Assembly (NCBI GenBank): GCA_043753995.1 | Contig: JAYUVP010000178.1 | Location: 1 to 17,976, forward strand | DNA from: Fibrobacterota bacterium | GTDB lineage: Bacteria; Fibrobacterota; Fibrobacteria; UBA11236 | Direction of reading: 5' to 3' | Length of the DNA: 17,976 nucleotides | Shown here: one piece after another, positions 7,933-16,541 of the stretch | Layout: each line of letters opens with the position of its first letter | Numbering within the stretch: the stretch's first letter is position 1 | Notes under the pieces: generated by a model | The model's input: the letters and a program-made list of their open reading frames with translations, nothing else | The model's database searches: none | Told to the model about the DNA's origin: nothing | Made by a program: the position numbers and the translations under genes

Positions 7933-7974
7933 TTCCTCCCGTCCCAGGCGAAAAGCAAAAATGAACGGTTTGGT

Positions 7975-9918
7975 TCACTTTCTTTCCAGCCATTTTTCCA
8001 ACATGGCGGAAAGGGCGGACAATTGCACGGGCTTGGGTAAAAAGTCATTCATGCCGGCTTCGAGGCAGCGAAGGTCGTCGCCCTTCATGGCATTGGCGGT
8101 CAAGGCGATGACGGGCACGTTTTGATTGCGCGAGGGCATGGCGCGCAGACGGCGCGTGGCTTCATAGCCGTCGAGATGAGGCATTTGGCAGTCCATGAGC
8201 ACCAAATCGAATGGCTCTCGATCGAGGCTGGAGAGCACTTCCTTGCCGTCGCCCACCAGGACGGGAGCAAAGCCCAGCCGCTCGAGCATGGCGCTGACGA
8301 CTTTGCGATTGATGGGATGATCTTCGGCCACTAAAATCCGCGCGGTGCGGAATTCCGGAGTGGGCTTGGGCAAAATGTCGGTTTCTTCGGGACGCCGCTT
8401 TCGCCGCGACGGAGAGGCTAGGCTTTCGGGCAAGGCCGGTTCTTGAGGCGGGGAAACCGTTTCGGCTTCTTTCAGGCTAGCCACCTGACGACTCCGGGCC
8501 TCGGCGTCTTGGGCAGCCGCCCATTCTTCTTGGGTGGCCTCGGGTAAGGGCAAGTCGACGCGGAAAATACTGCCTTGACCGATTTTACTTTCCACGGAGA
8601 TTCGTCCTCCCATGACTTCTACCCAATGCCTGGTGATGGTCAGACCTAAACCCGAACCGCCGCGCAAACGCGTCGAAGAGGCATCGACTTGGGTAAAGGC
8701 CTGAAATATGCGCGGCAAGTTCTCGGGGGAGATGCCGACTCCGGTGTCTTCGACTTCGAGCCGAATACCGGGCGGGTGTTTTTCCGCGCTTGACCCGTTT
8801 AGTGGTTTTTCACCCGGCAAAAGTCGGAGGGTAATGCTGCCTTTTTCAGTGAATTTCACGGCATTACTGACCAGATTGGCCACAATTTGCTTATAGCGCA
8901 GGGGATCGACATGATGCCTTTGGTCGCGCGGTATGCCGCCCTCGAAGTCGAGGCGAAGCCCGCGGCTGCGGACTACGGGATCAAGCATGCGCACGGCTTC
9001 CGAGGTGAGCTCGGCGACGGAAGCGGCTTGGGGGCGTATATCGATTTTGCCGGCTTCAATGCGCGACAAATCGAGCACGTCATTGAGCAATTCGAGCAAA
9101 TGCTCGCCCGATCGGCGCAAGGTACCGACCATGTCCCGCTGATCCGGTTGCAAGGGTGTATGCAAGAGCAAGTCGGCCATGCCCAAAACGCCATTCATGG
9201 GGGTGCGAATTTCATGGCTCATGCCGGCCAAAAACAAGGTCTTGGCTTCGGAAGCGCTATGGGCTTCGCGGCTCATGCGCAGCAGGGATTCGGCATTTTC
9301 TTCCAGGCGACGGCGTCCTTTCCAATATTCCCACAGGGTATGATGGTTTTGGCCACCATGCACCCAGACAAAGCCAAGGTAAACCAAGTGCATGATGCCC
9401 AGAGTCAAGGGATCGCGAGAACCCGAAAAGCAACCGAATAGGGCGCCGGGAAGCAATAGAAAAACGGCATAGGTGCGCAATTGCCACAGGCTGGGCGCAA
9501 GGGAAGTGGTAGCTCCCGCCCCCATGGTAATCGTGATCATCATCACGAGATAGGTGGCAAAGCGATTGGGATGGCTGACCAGCAAATAGCCGGAGCCCAA
9601 GCCCCAAATCAGGGCATTGCCCAAGCCCAAAATTTGAAAACAGGTTAGCCAGACCTTGGCGCTTAGGCGATGCCAAACCGGAAATCCAAAGGCGAGAATA
9701 AGGCGGAGGCCATTGGCCACCCAAGAAAACACCAGTAATTTGGGTAAATAGGCAGGGCCTTCATGCACCGCCCCCGAAAACATCCAAATCAGGAAGCAAA
9801 CCAAGGCCAAGGCGGCTGCGCTGGGTCGGGAACGCCGCGCCAATTCGGCATCCGAGGGATCGCTATAAGAATAGGGATCCACGGACTTGATTCCCATAAC
9901 GGTGGCTTTTTCCATCAT
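7975..9918 (-). CDS. Membrane-bound hybrid sensor histidine kinase/response regulator
   Basis: About 6 N-terminal TMs, H-box SHEIRTPMNG, N-box NLVSNAVKFT, G-boxes DTGVGI and GSGLGL, receiver domain AEDHPIN...LMDCQMP...KP. Start uncertain (9927/9918/9915/9897). Confidence 0.93.
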   Translation of the reverse strand: MMEKATVMGIKSVDPYSYSDPSDAELARRSRPSAAALALVCFLIWMFSGAVHEGPAYLPKLLVFSWVANGLRLILAFGFPVWHRLSAKVWLTCFQILGLGNALIWGLGSGYLLVSHPNRFATYLVMMITITMGAGATTSLAPSLWQLRTYAVFLLLPGALFGCFSGSRDPLTLGIMHLVYLGFVWVHGGQNHHTLWEYWKGRRRLEENAESLLRMSREAHSASEAKTLFLAGMSHEIRTPMNGVLGMADLLLHTPLQPDQRDMVGTLRRSGEHLLELLNDVLDLSRIEAGKIDIRPQAASVAELTSEAVRMLDPVVRSRGLRLDFEGGIPRDQRHHVDPLRYKQIVANLVSNAVKFTEKGSITLRLLPGEKPLNGSSAEKHPPGIRLEVEDTGVGISPENLPRIFQAFTQVDASSTRLRGGSGLGLTITRHWVEVMGGRISVESKIGQGSIFRVDLPLPEATQEEWAAAQDAEARSRQVASLKEAETVSPPQEPALPESLASPSRRKRRPEETDILPKPTPEFRTARILVAEDHPINRKVVSAMLERLGFAPVLVGDGKEVLSSLDREPFDLVLMDCQMPHLDGYEATRRLRAMPSRNQNVPVIALTANAMKGDDLRCLEAGMNDFLPKPVQLSALSAMLEKWLERK

Positions 9919-10009
9919 GAACAGCAATTCCCGGTGAATTCGGCAATCCCTGTAATGATAAATGAATGCAGCGTTACGAGTTGAAAAAACCGATGTCAGC
10001 TTCAGATCT

Positions 10010-10360
10010 TCACTGGCGGGGAACGGAATAGGTCAGGGTGGCATAGACTTCGTCAAAGATTTCGGCTTTAACAAGCTTCAAGGGAGGCTTGGTGAAACGG
10101 CGCGGCAAATCGCGATGGGTAAAGATCCACGCCGGTATGGAGGAGGGCCATTTTTCAGGGTGTTCCAAAAGTTTTTCTTGTCGCAATATCCATTCATAGG
10201 TGCTGGTGCCCATGGCTAAGGCTCCCACTTCGGAGATAAAGCGGGGATAATGATCTTTCATGCTTTCGACTTCGCCGAATTGAAAAAGCCAATCGAGAGA
10301 ATGCTGTGAGTCGGCGAGAAATCCGTTCAGGGTGGAGGCGGTATAGTATTGGGTTTTCAT
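10010..10360 (-). pseudogene. Dihydrofolate reductase/RibD C-terminal family gene with an apparent in-frame internal deletion
   Basis: N-terminus YYTASTLNGFLAD..SLDWL and MGTSTYEW, and C-terminus PRRFTKPPLKLV are present. The central region with the GGG motif is absent and the protein is only 116 aa. Confidence 0.65.
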
Positions 10361-10379
10361 GAGGGGAAAAAGGATGGCT

Positions 10380-10778
10380 TCAGCTTAGTCTCTCCAAAAC
10401 TCCCCGGCGCTTGACAATATTCTTGTAATCCCACTGGATTTTTTTCGACTTCGCCAGCCAACGTCGCAAAGGTGTCACCTTGATTTCGTCGACCGTGTTG
10501 AAGCGCACTTCGGCGGCCTTGAAGGTGCCCTCGGAAGCTAAACCGTCTTCGTCGAAACTCTGGCCGCTCCAAAACATCAACCGAATATTGTCTTTCAATC
10601 GGTGATAGCCTACGATGGGATTGCCATCGAGAAACCAAACTGGGTGACCATGCCAGATTTTGCTCTCGGCCTTAGGCAGGGCCCGCTCGATCTCCTCTTT
10701 CAGCTTTCCGCAAATAGCCTGGTCTGCTTTGCTTTGGCCGCGATGATAGGCGGGGATAGTGGCAAAATTTTGTTTCAT
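10380..10778 (-). CDS. DUF1801 (YdhG-like) domain protein
   Basis: LPKAESKIWHGHPVWFLDGNPIVGY...LMFWSGQSF...KSKKIQWDYKNIVKRRG. SD GAGGG upstream. Confidence 0.85.
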   Translation of the reverse strand: MKQNFATIPAYHRGQSKADQAICGKLKEEIERALPKAESKIWHGHPVWFLDGNPIVGYHRLKDNIRLMFWSGQSFDEDGLASEGTFKAAEVRFNTVDEIKVTPLRRWLAKSKKIQWDYKNIVKRRGVLERLS

Positions 10779-10794
10779 GATGACCCTCTCTCTA

Positions 10795-11067
10795 TCAGCC
10801 TAAGTATATCTCATTCCATTCCTTGATCGTCGCTTTGGCGACCAGGCCTTCGTTTAGAAAAGGATCCCGTTTCATAAAGGCCTCGGCGGATTCCTTGCTT
10901 TTGAATATTCCCATGGAGCCATCTTGCTTTGGGTTTGCAAAAGCTCCCACCGCTAAAAGCTCGCCCCTTTGATGGAAGGCGTCCAGCAAGGCTTTATGTC
11001 GTGGGAAGGCCTCCATTATTCTTTCGATGGGCGTGTCATTGGATTCGTAAAACAAGACGGCTTTCAT
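10795..11067 (-). CDS. YciI family protein
   Basis: 90 aa with FPRHKA, LLAVGAF, GSMGIF, DPF..GLV and IKEW motifs. SD AGGAG upstream. Confidence 0.85.
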   Translation of the reverse strand: MKAVLFYESNDTPIERIMEAFPRHKALLDAFHQRGELLAVGAFANPKQDGSMGIFKSKESAEAFMKRDPFLNEGLVAKATIKEWNEIYLG

Positions 11068-11102
11068 GTAGACTCCTTTTTGCTGAAATCTACTTTTCTC
11101 AC

Positions 11103-11771
11103 ATGATAACCACCCAGACTTTCAAGTTCCTGACGGCATTGGCCAAGCACAATGACCGAGCCTGGTTCCAGGCGCACCAGGACGGCTACACGGCCGCGCG
11201 CGAAGAGTTCCGCAACTTCGTCCAGGGGGTTGCCCTGGGCATTTCCACCTTCGATTCTTCGATGCAGGACATCGATGTGACGAAGTGCATTTTCAGAATC
11301 CATCGCGACGTGCGCTTCTCCAAGGACAAGTCGCCCTACAAGACCCATTTCGGCGCCCATCTCGGGGTCTTCGCCAAAGAAGTCCATGATCGGGCGGGCT
11401 ATTATATCCATGTTGAACCCAGCGCCACCTTGATTGCCGGCGGAGCCTATATGCCTCCGGCTCCCTGGCTGAATGGCATTCGCACGGCCATCGATCGCGA
11501 TGGCAAAACCTTGGAAAAAATCCTGGCCTCTGCTTCGTTTGGCAAGCACTTCGGCGAGCTCGCAGGGGAGAGCTTGAAGACGGCTCCCCGGGGCTATGAT
11601 CCCGATCACCCTCGTATCGAATGGCTCAAGCACAAAAGCTTTTTGGCCATGCGAAAAGTCACGGATGACCAAGCCCAAGCTCCGGGCTTTCTCAAGTCAG
11701 CGGTGGCGACCTTTAAGGCGCTCAAGCCCTTCAATGATTTTCTTAATCGCGCGGCCAAGTCCTCATCTTGA
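11103..11771 (+). CDS. DUF2461 family protein (TIGR02453-like)
   Basis: ATG 11103: FL..LAKHNDRAWF, IFRIHRDVRFSKDKSPYKTHF, GYYIH, LKTAPRGY..DHP. The ORF-track extension to 10929 overlaps yciI and is unlikely. Confidence 0.9.
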   Translation: MITTQTFKFLTALAKHNDRAWFQAHQDGYTAAREEFRNFVQGVALGISTFDSSMQDIDVTKCIFRIHRDVRFSKDKSPYKTHFGAHLGVFAKEVHDRAGYYIHVEPSATLIAGGAYMPPAPWLNGIRTAIDRDGKTLEKILASASFGKHFGELAGESLKTAPRGYDPDHPRIEWLKHKSFLAMRKVTDDQAQAPGFLKSAVATFKALKPFNDFLNRAAKSSS

Positions 11772-11789
11772 GGGAAAGGCCGGGGCCGT

Positions 11790-12092
11790 CTAACCTGCCT
11801 TGAATTTTTTACCCGATGATTTCAATGCCTGCAATAGCGCGGGCAGCGATGCCTTGCCCATGCCATGCAAACCCATCACCTCCGCTTGGGTGTGACGGGC
11901 AAGTTCGCTTGCTGTCGTGATGCCAGCATTCTCCAGGGCACGACGAGCTGGGGCATAAAATAGGGAGAGGAAGGCATCGGTGGGCTCACGCTCCTTTTCA
12001 CATTGCGGACAAACCGGGCATTGGCTGGTTTTGAAAAAGACATGACCCTGCGTACATAAGCGGCGATTGGATTGGGCTTTGGGTCTCGACAC
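11790..12092 (-). CDS. RNA polymerase alpha-CTD-like helix-hairpin-helix protein with N-terminal Cys/His metal-binding motif
   Basis: C-x3-H...C-x2-C-x2-C, then APARRALENAGI...LHGMGKASL. GTG start with AGGA upstream. Confidence 0.8.
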   Translation of the reverse strand: MSRPKAQSNRRLCTQGHVFFKTSQCPVCPQCEKEREPTDAFLSLFYAPARRALENAGITTASELARHTQAEVMGLHGMGKASLPALLQALKSSGKKFKAG

Positions 12093-12148
12093 GATATTTG
12101 ATCCTGCTAGATTGGCGACAACCTTGTAAATGAAATTTGCTTTTAAAT

Positions 12149-12249
12149 GCCGGAGGGGAGCCGGATGCCGACAAATGCCAAGCGAAGCGGAACGAGCGCA
12201 GAGCGCGAGATTACGGGCTGACGGCGGGGGAGGCGGAAGCCGCCCCCCG
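12149..12249 (+). repeat. Dispersed ~100-bp intergenic repeat, copy 1
   Basis: First 24 nt identical to 16403-16426 (gccggaggggagccggatgccgac). Similarity continues to the terminal ggggg-agg..gcc-g-ccccc hairpin. Confidence 0.85.
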
Positions 12250-12290
12250 AATCGACAGTGTAGGGAAATTGAAAGTCACCACTTGGGTGA

Positions 12291-13148
12291 TTAGAACTTG
12301 CCGTTGGTGTTCTTCCACTCCGCTTGCGGAGGGATGGCCTCAATCACATCCCAATGCTCAGCGACTTTTCCATTCGCAATGCGGAAGAGGTCGTAAAAGG
12401 CGGAGTGAACGCCTCCCAAATGACCTTCGCTGATGGCGAGAACGAATTCGCCTTCGCCCAAGACGCGATGAACCTTGGAATACTTCAAGGTGATGCCCTG
12501 TTTGGCCATGGCCTGAAGCGCCGCGCCAAGACCCGAAACCAAGTCGGGGATATTCGGGTTATGCTGTATATAGGCGTCGCCGTCATAGTAACCGGCAAGC
12601 TTCTCCATTTTTCCGTTCACAAGAATGTCGTTCACAAAGCTTAGAACCAGGCTTTTATTAGCTTCCGTCTTACTTAGGTCTTTAGCCTGGGTCGGGCCAT
12701 CAATCATGGTGTGGCCGCTTGGCGTCTTCGCCACCGTCGTTTGCAGATTGTCCCAATGCTCGACGATAAGACCATTCTCGAAACGGAAAAGATCGAAGCC
12801 AATTTTAGGGCCGAAAAAATCGTATTCGGTATGGGTGAATACGAAATCGCCGTCGGAAAAGGCGCGTACCACATTCACCTTGGCCGAGCCCTTGGGGAGC
12901 TGCTGCAATAGAGCGCCGAACCCTGCCAATCCATCGGCCACGCCTAGATTATGCTGAGTGTATTTGTTTGGGTTGACATAGGCGACGGGGCCGGCATCCC
13001 CAGTTTCAATGCTTCGCAATAATTGTACGGCTTTTTCTCGATTTGACATGGCTTTGCTCTTTCCTTCGGGTTTTGCGCTGACAATTCCTAAGCCCCCTAG
13101 GTTCAGTAGGGCGACGACCGCGAGTATCGGTTTCAATTCCAGATGCAT
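12291..13148 (-). CDS. Exported tandem SnoaL/NTF2-like domain protein
   Basis: Signal peptide and two repeats with YxQHN, GDFV/GEFV, FDLFR and EHWD motifs. SD GGAGG upstream. Confidence 0.88.
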   Translation of the reverse strand: MHLELKPILAVVALLNLGGLGIVSAKPEGKSKAMSNREKAVQLLRSIETGDAGPVAYVNPNKYTQHNLGVADGLAGFGALLQQLPKGSAKVNVVRAFSDGDFVFTHTEYDFFGPKIGFDLFRFENGLIVEHWDNLQTTVAKTPSGHTMIDGPTQAKDLSKTEANKSLVLSFVNDILVNGKMEKLAGYYDGDAYIQHNPNIPDLVSGLGAALQAMAKQGITLKYSKVHRVLGEGEFVLAISEGHLGGVHSAFYDLFRIANGKVAEHWDVIEAIPPQAEWKNTNGKF

Positions 13149-13202
13149 GAATGCTCCTCCGTTAAGCGTGGAGATAAGTTACCGGAATAGCTGGGCGCGC
13201 GA

Positions 13203-13238
13203 TAGGGTAAGAAGGCGCCGTACTAGGGTAAGAATGCG
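13203..13238 (-). promoter_or_regulatory. Tandem direct repeat, putative AraC-family operator for the SnoaL gene
   Basis: tagggtaagaaggcg (13203-13217) and tagggtaagaatgcg (13224-13238), 21 bp apart. The proximal copy abuts the -35 position implied by -10 TAACTT at 13176-13181. Confidence 0.65.
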
Positions 13239-13299
13239 AAGGAGCCCTTAACTGACGATTGGGGGTTTTTGCGCCTGAGCCCTTAGGACTTCAAAACCC

Positions 13300-14184
13300 T
13301 TAGCCGAGGTAACGCGCACGGAACGTGGCGGGCGTGGACTGCGCGTGCTTGCGGAAATACTTGTTGAAATTGGTGACCTCGTCGAAACCGAGACCGAAAG
13401 CAACCTCTTTCACGGTTTCGGATCCAAATAGGAGAAGCCTTTTTGCCTCCAGCATTACACGCTCATCGAGTAGGCTCTTAGGGGTCTTGCCAAAGGCCTT
13501 GGCAGTCGCGGTTTGCAGGCTCTTCTCAGTGATTCCCAAGCGCTGCGCATAATCGGAAACCTGCTTGCCAACACGAAAACCATTTTCGATGAGGACGAGG
13601 AATCTCTGCGCCGTGGCGCTAGCGTCCTGAGAGGGTCGCGATGTCGGTTCGGGCCATTTCGCCCGGCGTTCGCATTCAATCAGAAAATTGTGCAGCAAAT
13701 TACGGAGCACGACTCTTTGAAAACCGTCGTCAGGCTTCGCCAATTCTCGACGCATCCCGTCCGTGATACCCACCAAGGTGGCATCCTTTGTAGGCAAGAC
13801 CTGCGCTGTCGCCGAGCGTTCTACCTGAAATAATCGCCCTTCGCGAAGGAAGCGGGCATCTTCTACGGATCGGGAAAAAAAGTCGTCGGTGAAGCGAATC
13901 GCCAAACCATCGTAACTCGCAGCCCTATCATACATGAGCACACGATGCTTGCGTATGAAGAGCGCGGCTCCGGGGACCATGGGAATGGTTTCCAAGTCGA
14001 GTAATAGCCTTGCCCTGCCAGAGCGGACCCAAATAATTTGATGGAAATCGGCGCGATGAGGTTCGGTGACCAGGCATGCGGCCTGGGCATAGGTCTCAGC
14101 TATCGAAGAGATTTCGATTTCATGGGAGGAGCCGGGTTTGAATGAATAGGTCTTGAGGGTGGGGCGAGCAAGGCGACGCTTCAT
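13300..14184 (-). CDS. AraC family transcriptional regulator
   Basis: N-terminal cupin-like PHRADFHQIIW. C-terminal double HTH VSDYAQRLGI...EAKRLL...VKEVAFGLGFDEVTNFNKYFRK. Confidence 0.93.
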   Translation of the reverse strand: MKRRLARPTLKTYSFKPGSSHEIEISSIAETYAQAACLVTEPHRADFHQIIWVRSGRARLLLDLETIPMVPGAALFIRKHRVLMYDRAASYDGLAIRFTDDFFSRSVEDARFLREGRLFQVERSATAQVLPTKDATLVGITDGMRRELAKPDDGFQRVVLRNLLHNFLIECERRAKWPEPTSRPSQDASATAQRFLVLIENGFRVGKQVSDYAQRLGITEKSLQTATAKAFGKTPKSLLDERVMLEAKRLLLFGSETVKEVAFGLGFDEVTNFNKYFRKHAQSTPATFRARYLG

Positions 14185-14605
14185 CGAGAATATTCTACTC
14201 CACTATCCCCCCACCCACAAGGAGACTTGAGGCCGTAACAACAGAAATAAACCGAGAAGTGCATATAAAAGACCAAGCCATCCGTGTAGCCTGAGGGCTC
14301 GGATTTCGTGGTGGCTGAGGTAGTCGCAGCCGTGGACTTGAACTTGGTTTCTGAATTCCCGAAACCGTATCGAAAGAGACTGCTTCCCACGCCTAATTTA
14401 TAATGCTCGCGAATTCTTTGGTGAATGGATAGGCGGGGACAATGAGAGCGCCTGGAGTTAGTAATCCCTTCCACGAATCCCAAGAGCGCATTCGCAAATC
14501 AAGCTTCCGTTCCCCGACAAAAACCCCGCCCCAGGCCTCTACGACGCTATTTAATTCGACCCATTTTATAGTTCAATCGTGACATGATTAATAACAAGGT
14601 ATACC

Positions 14606-16142
14606 CTACCTTTTCCCGAAATGGATCACCTGGGAATAGTGGCGATTCCCCAGGGAGAGATTCAGATAATAGGCCCCTGAGGCCCGGCCGGAACCGGACG
14701 GCGACCAAGTCAGGACGCCCGCGCGCAGTTCCTCCACCCGCCACGCATGGATCAGCTTGCCATTGGCCGTATGGATCGCGCATGCGAACTCCAACCCACT
14801 GGATAAGACCTTGGGATCGATCTCCACGCGCAGGATTCCCCCCTCGATCCGGAACCGGATGCCCGACGGAAGTTGCGAACTCAGGATGGAGGTGATGGAA
14901 TTCCCGTACGCGGCCCTGAGCAGGCTTTCTCGCGTTAAAGATCTTTCCTTCAGCCAGGTTTCCACGGGCACCTGATATAACTCGTCAAGCTCCGGATAAA
15001 TATCTCCCGGCGCTAAGGCGGGCATGCCGCCCGGTGCGTAGGTTTCGGCAAGTCGCAGCGACAAGGCATCCGTCTCCAAAGCCACCAGGGAATAGCGCTT
15101 GTCGATGAACCCCAAGGTCACCCCGAGGGACTTTGGCATGGTGGATGCCATCGGATAGAAGGGAACTCCCCCGAAGGAACGGGCATAGTCCCGCGCATCT
15201 TCCACCCGCACCACGGTTGGTTTTTCCACCACTTGTCGAATCAGGGAATCACCGTTGTGGAGGGTCCAGGTAATGCTTTCCGACAAGGGTTCTTTGGAAA
15301 AGATGCGGAACATCTCTCCTATCGTTCCTACCCTCAGATCGTAGCCGATGGCCTTCTTGCAGGTATCTGTCTCCGAATGCAGCACGGCATGGACCTTGGC
15401 CGTGTTGGGAGGCCATTCGTTCCCCAAGAGCTCACGGGGAGCCATGAGGTAGAAATGGGCCATGTGCCCGGAGAAATCTCCCGGGTAGCCGCCACCGGCG
15501 AAGGATCCCAGGAACATTCTCGAGGTCGTGACAGAATCCTGGAGCACAGGCAGGATAGAGATCGGATTTCGTTTGGTCAAGCTGCTCTGGTAGGCCCGGA
15601 AGTCGAAATCCTCTCGCGGCAAATCCACCATCGGATCAGTGTATTCGAGATTCCCATTGTTATTCGCCAGGACGAATCCCTTGACACCCTTCCCTAGTTT
15701 CATGGTGACCCTGGCCTTGTCGGAGAAGGCGTGGGGAAAGCCCAGCACGCCCCCATAGATGGGCACCAGGTACCGGATGCGTAACTTGCGCGTGCCGCCC
15801 CATTCCACCGGGAATATGGAGATGTCGTAGTTGTCGTTGCGAATCCATTCCAACAGCACCGGGTCTCTCGGCGGGGGCGGGATGGCCGAGTTGCGGTCCA
15901 CCACTTCCTCGTAATCTTTGCGGGCATGGGCCGTCGTCTTGAGCTTGCCCTTAAGTATCCTGTCCTTGTACCAGACCAGCATGCCCGTGACCGTGGACTT
16001 CTGCTCGAAATTGATATTGCCCACGATCTCCAAGGCCTTCTCGTGCTGGGCGGGCTTGGGATCGGAACAGTGCGTGTTGAAGGCCGATGGCGCCCGCCTC
16101 GAAGACGAAAAGGCTGGAAAGGAGGAGCAAGATTCTAGTCAT
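14606..16142 (-). pseudogene. Secreted VIT-domain protein with C-terminal Ig/secretion-signal-like domain, frameshifted near its 5' end
   Basis: SD GGAG plus ATG 16142 give a signal peptide in one frame. The 475-aa body (VIT-like ARKDYEEVV..RDPVLLEW..ISIFPV; C-terminal IHTANGKLI..W..SGAYYL) lies in another frame that is closed by TGA at the ATG itself. Confidence 0.65.
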
Positions 16143-16402
16143 GGCAAACTCCGTTAGGACTGCGGAGTATCAAAGCAAGCCTCGAGCCAATCCAAGGTGG
16201 CCATGATAAGGCCACACACAAATGGAAGATCCTAAATCTGAAACTATTTCATTTTTGAAAGTCTCAAATTTGAATTTGCTAGGCAAAATGAAAAATTCAT
16301 TAGTAATGGATAAAGCAACAGGAGTGATTTTCGAAAATAACAGTCAAACTCAACCTGACGAATCGCGGTTCACCGGGGATCGCCAACCTTCCGCAGGGAG
16401 TC

Positions 16403-16496
16403 GCCGGAGGGGAGCCGGATGCCGACCTAGGCGAAGCGGGGCGAGCGCGAAGCGCGAGAGTGCGGGCTGACGGCGGGGGAGGCAGAGCCGCCCCCG
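16403..16496 (+). repeat. Dispersed ~100-bp intergenic repeat, copy 2
   Basis: Aligns with 12149-12249 with a 5-nt gap, small indels and several substitutions. Confidence 0.85.
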
Positions 16497-16541
16497 TATC
16501 ATATACGTTACATATCCGGAACTTTTACCGGATAGGCGTGA

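Noticed and set aside
11064..11678. 204-aa antisense ORF, and similar shadow ORFs opposite uup and the kinase
   Set aside because: They lie antisense to well-supported genes, as expected from GC-rich codon bias.
12158..12200. Group II intron domain V (GAGCCGGATGC) in the dispersed repeat
   Set aside because: The complementary 3' strand (ACGTCCGGTTC-like) is absent and there is no RT gene.
16222..16470. 82-aa plus-strand ORF
   Set aside because: It spans the AT-rich upstream region of the VIT gene and runs into the dispersed repeat, with no SD or recognisable motif.
12149..16496. CRISPR array or composite transposon bounded by the two repeats
   Set aside because: Only two diverged ~100-bp copies 4 kb apart, with no spacers, cas genes, transposase or target-site duplication.
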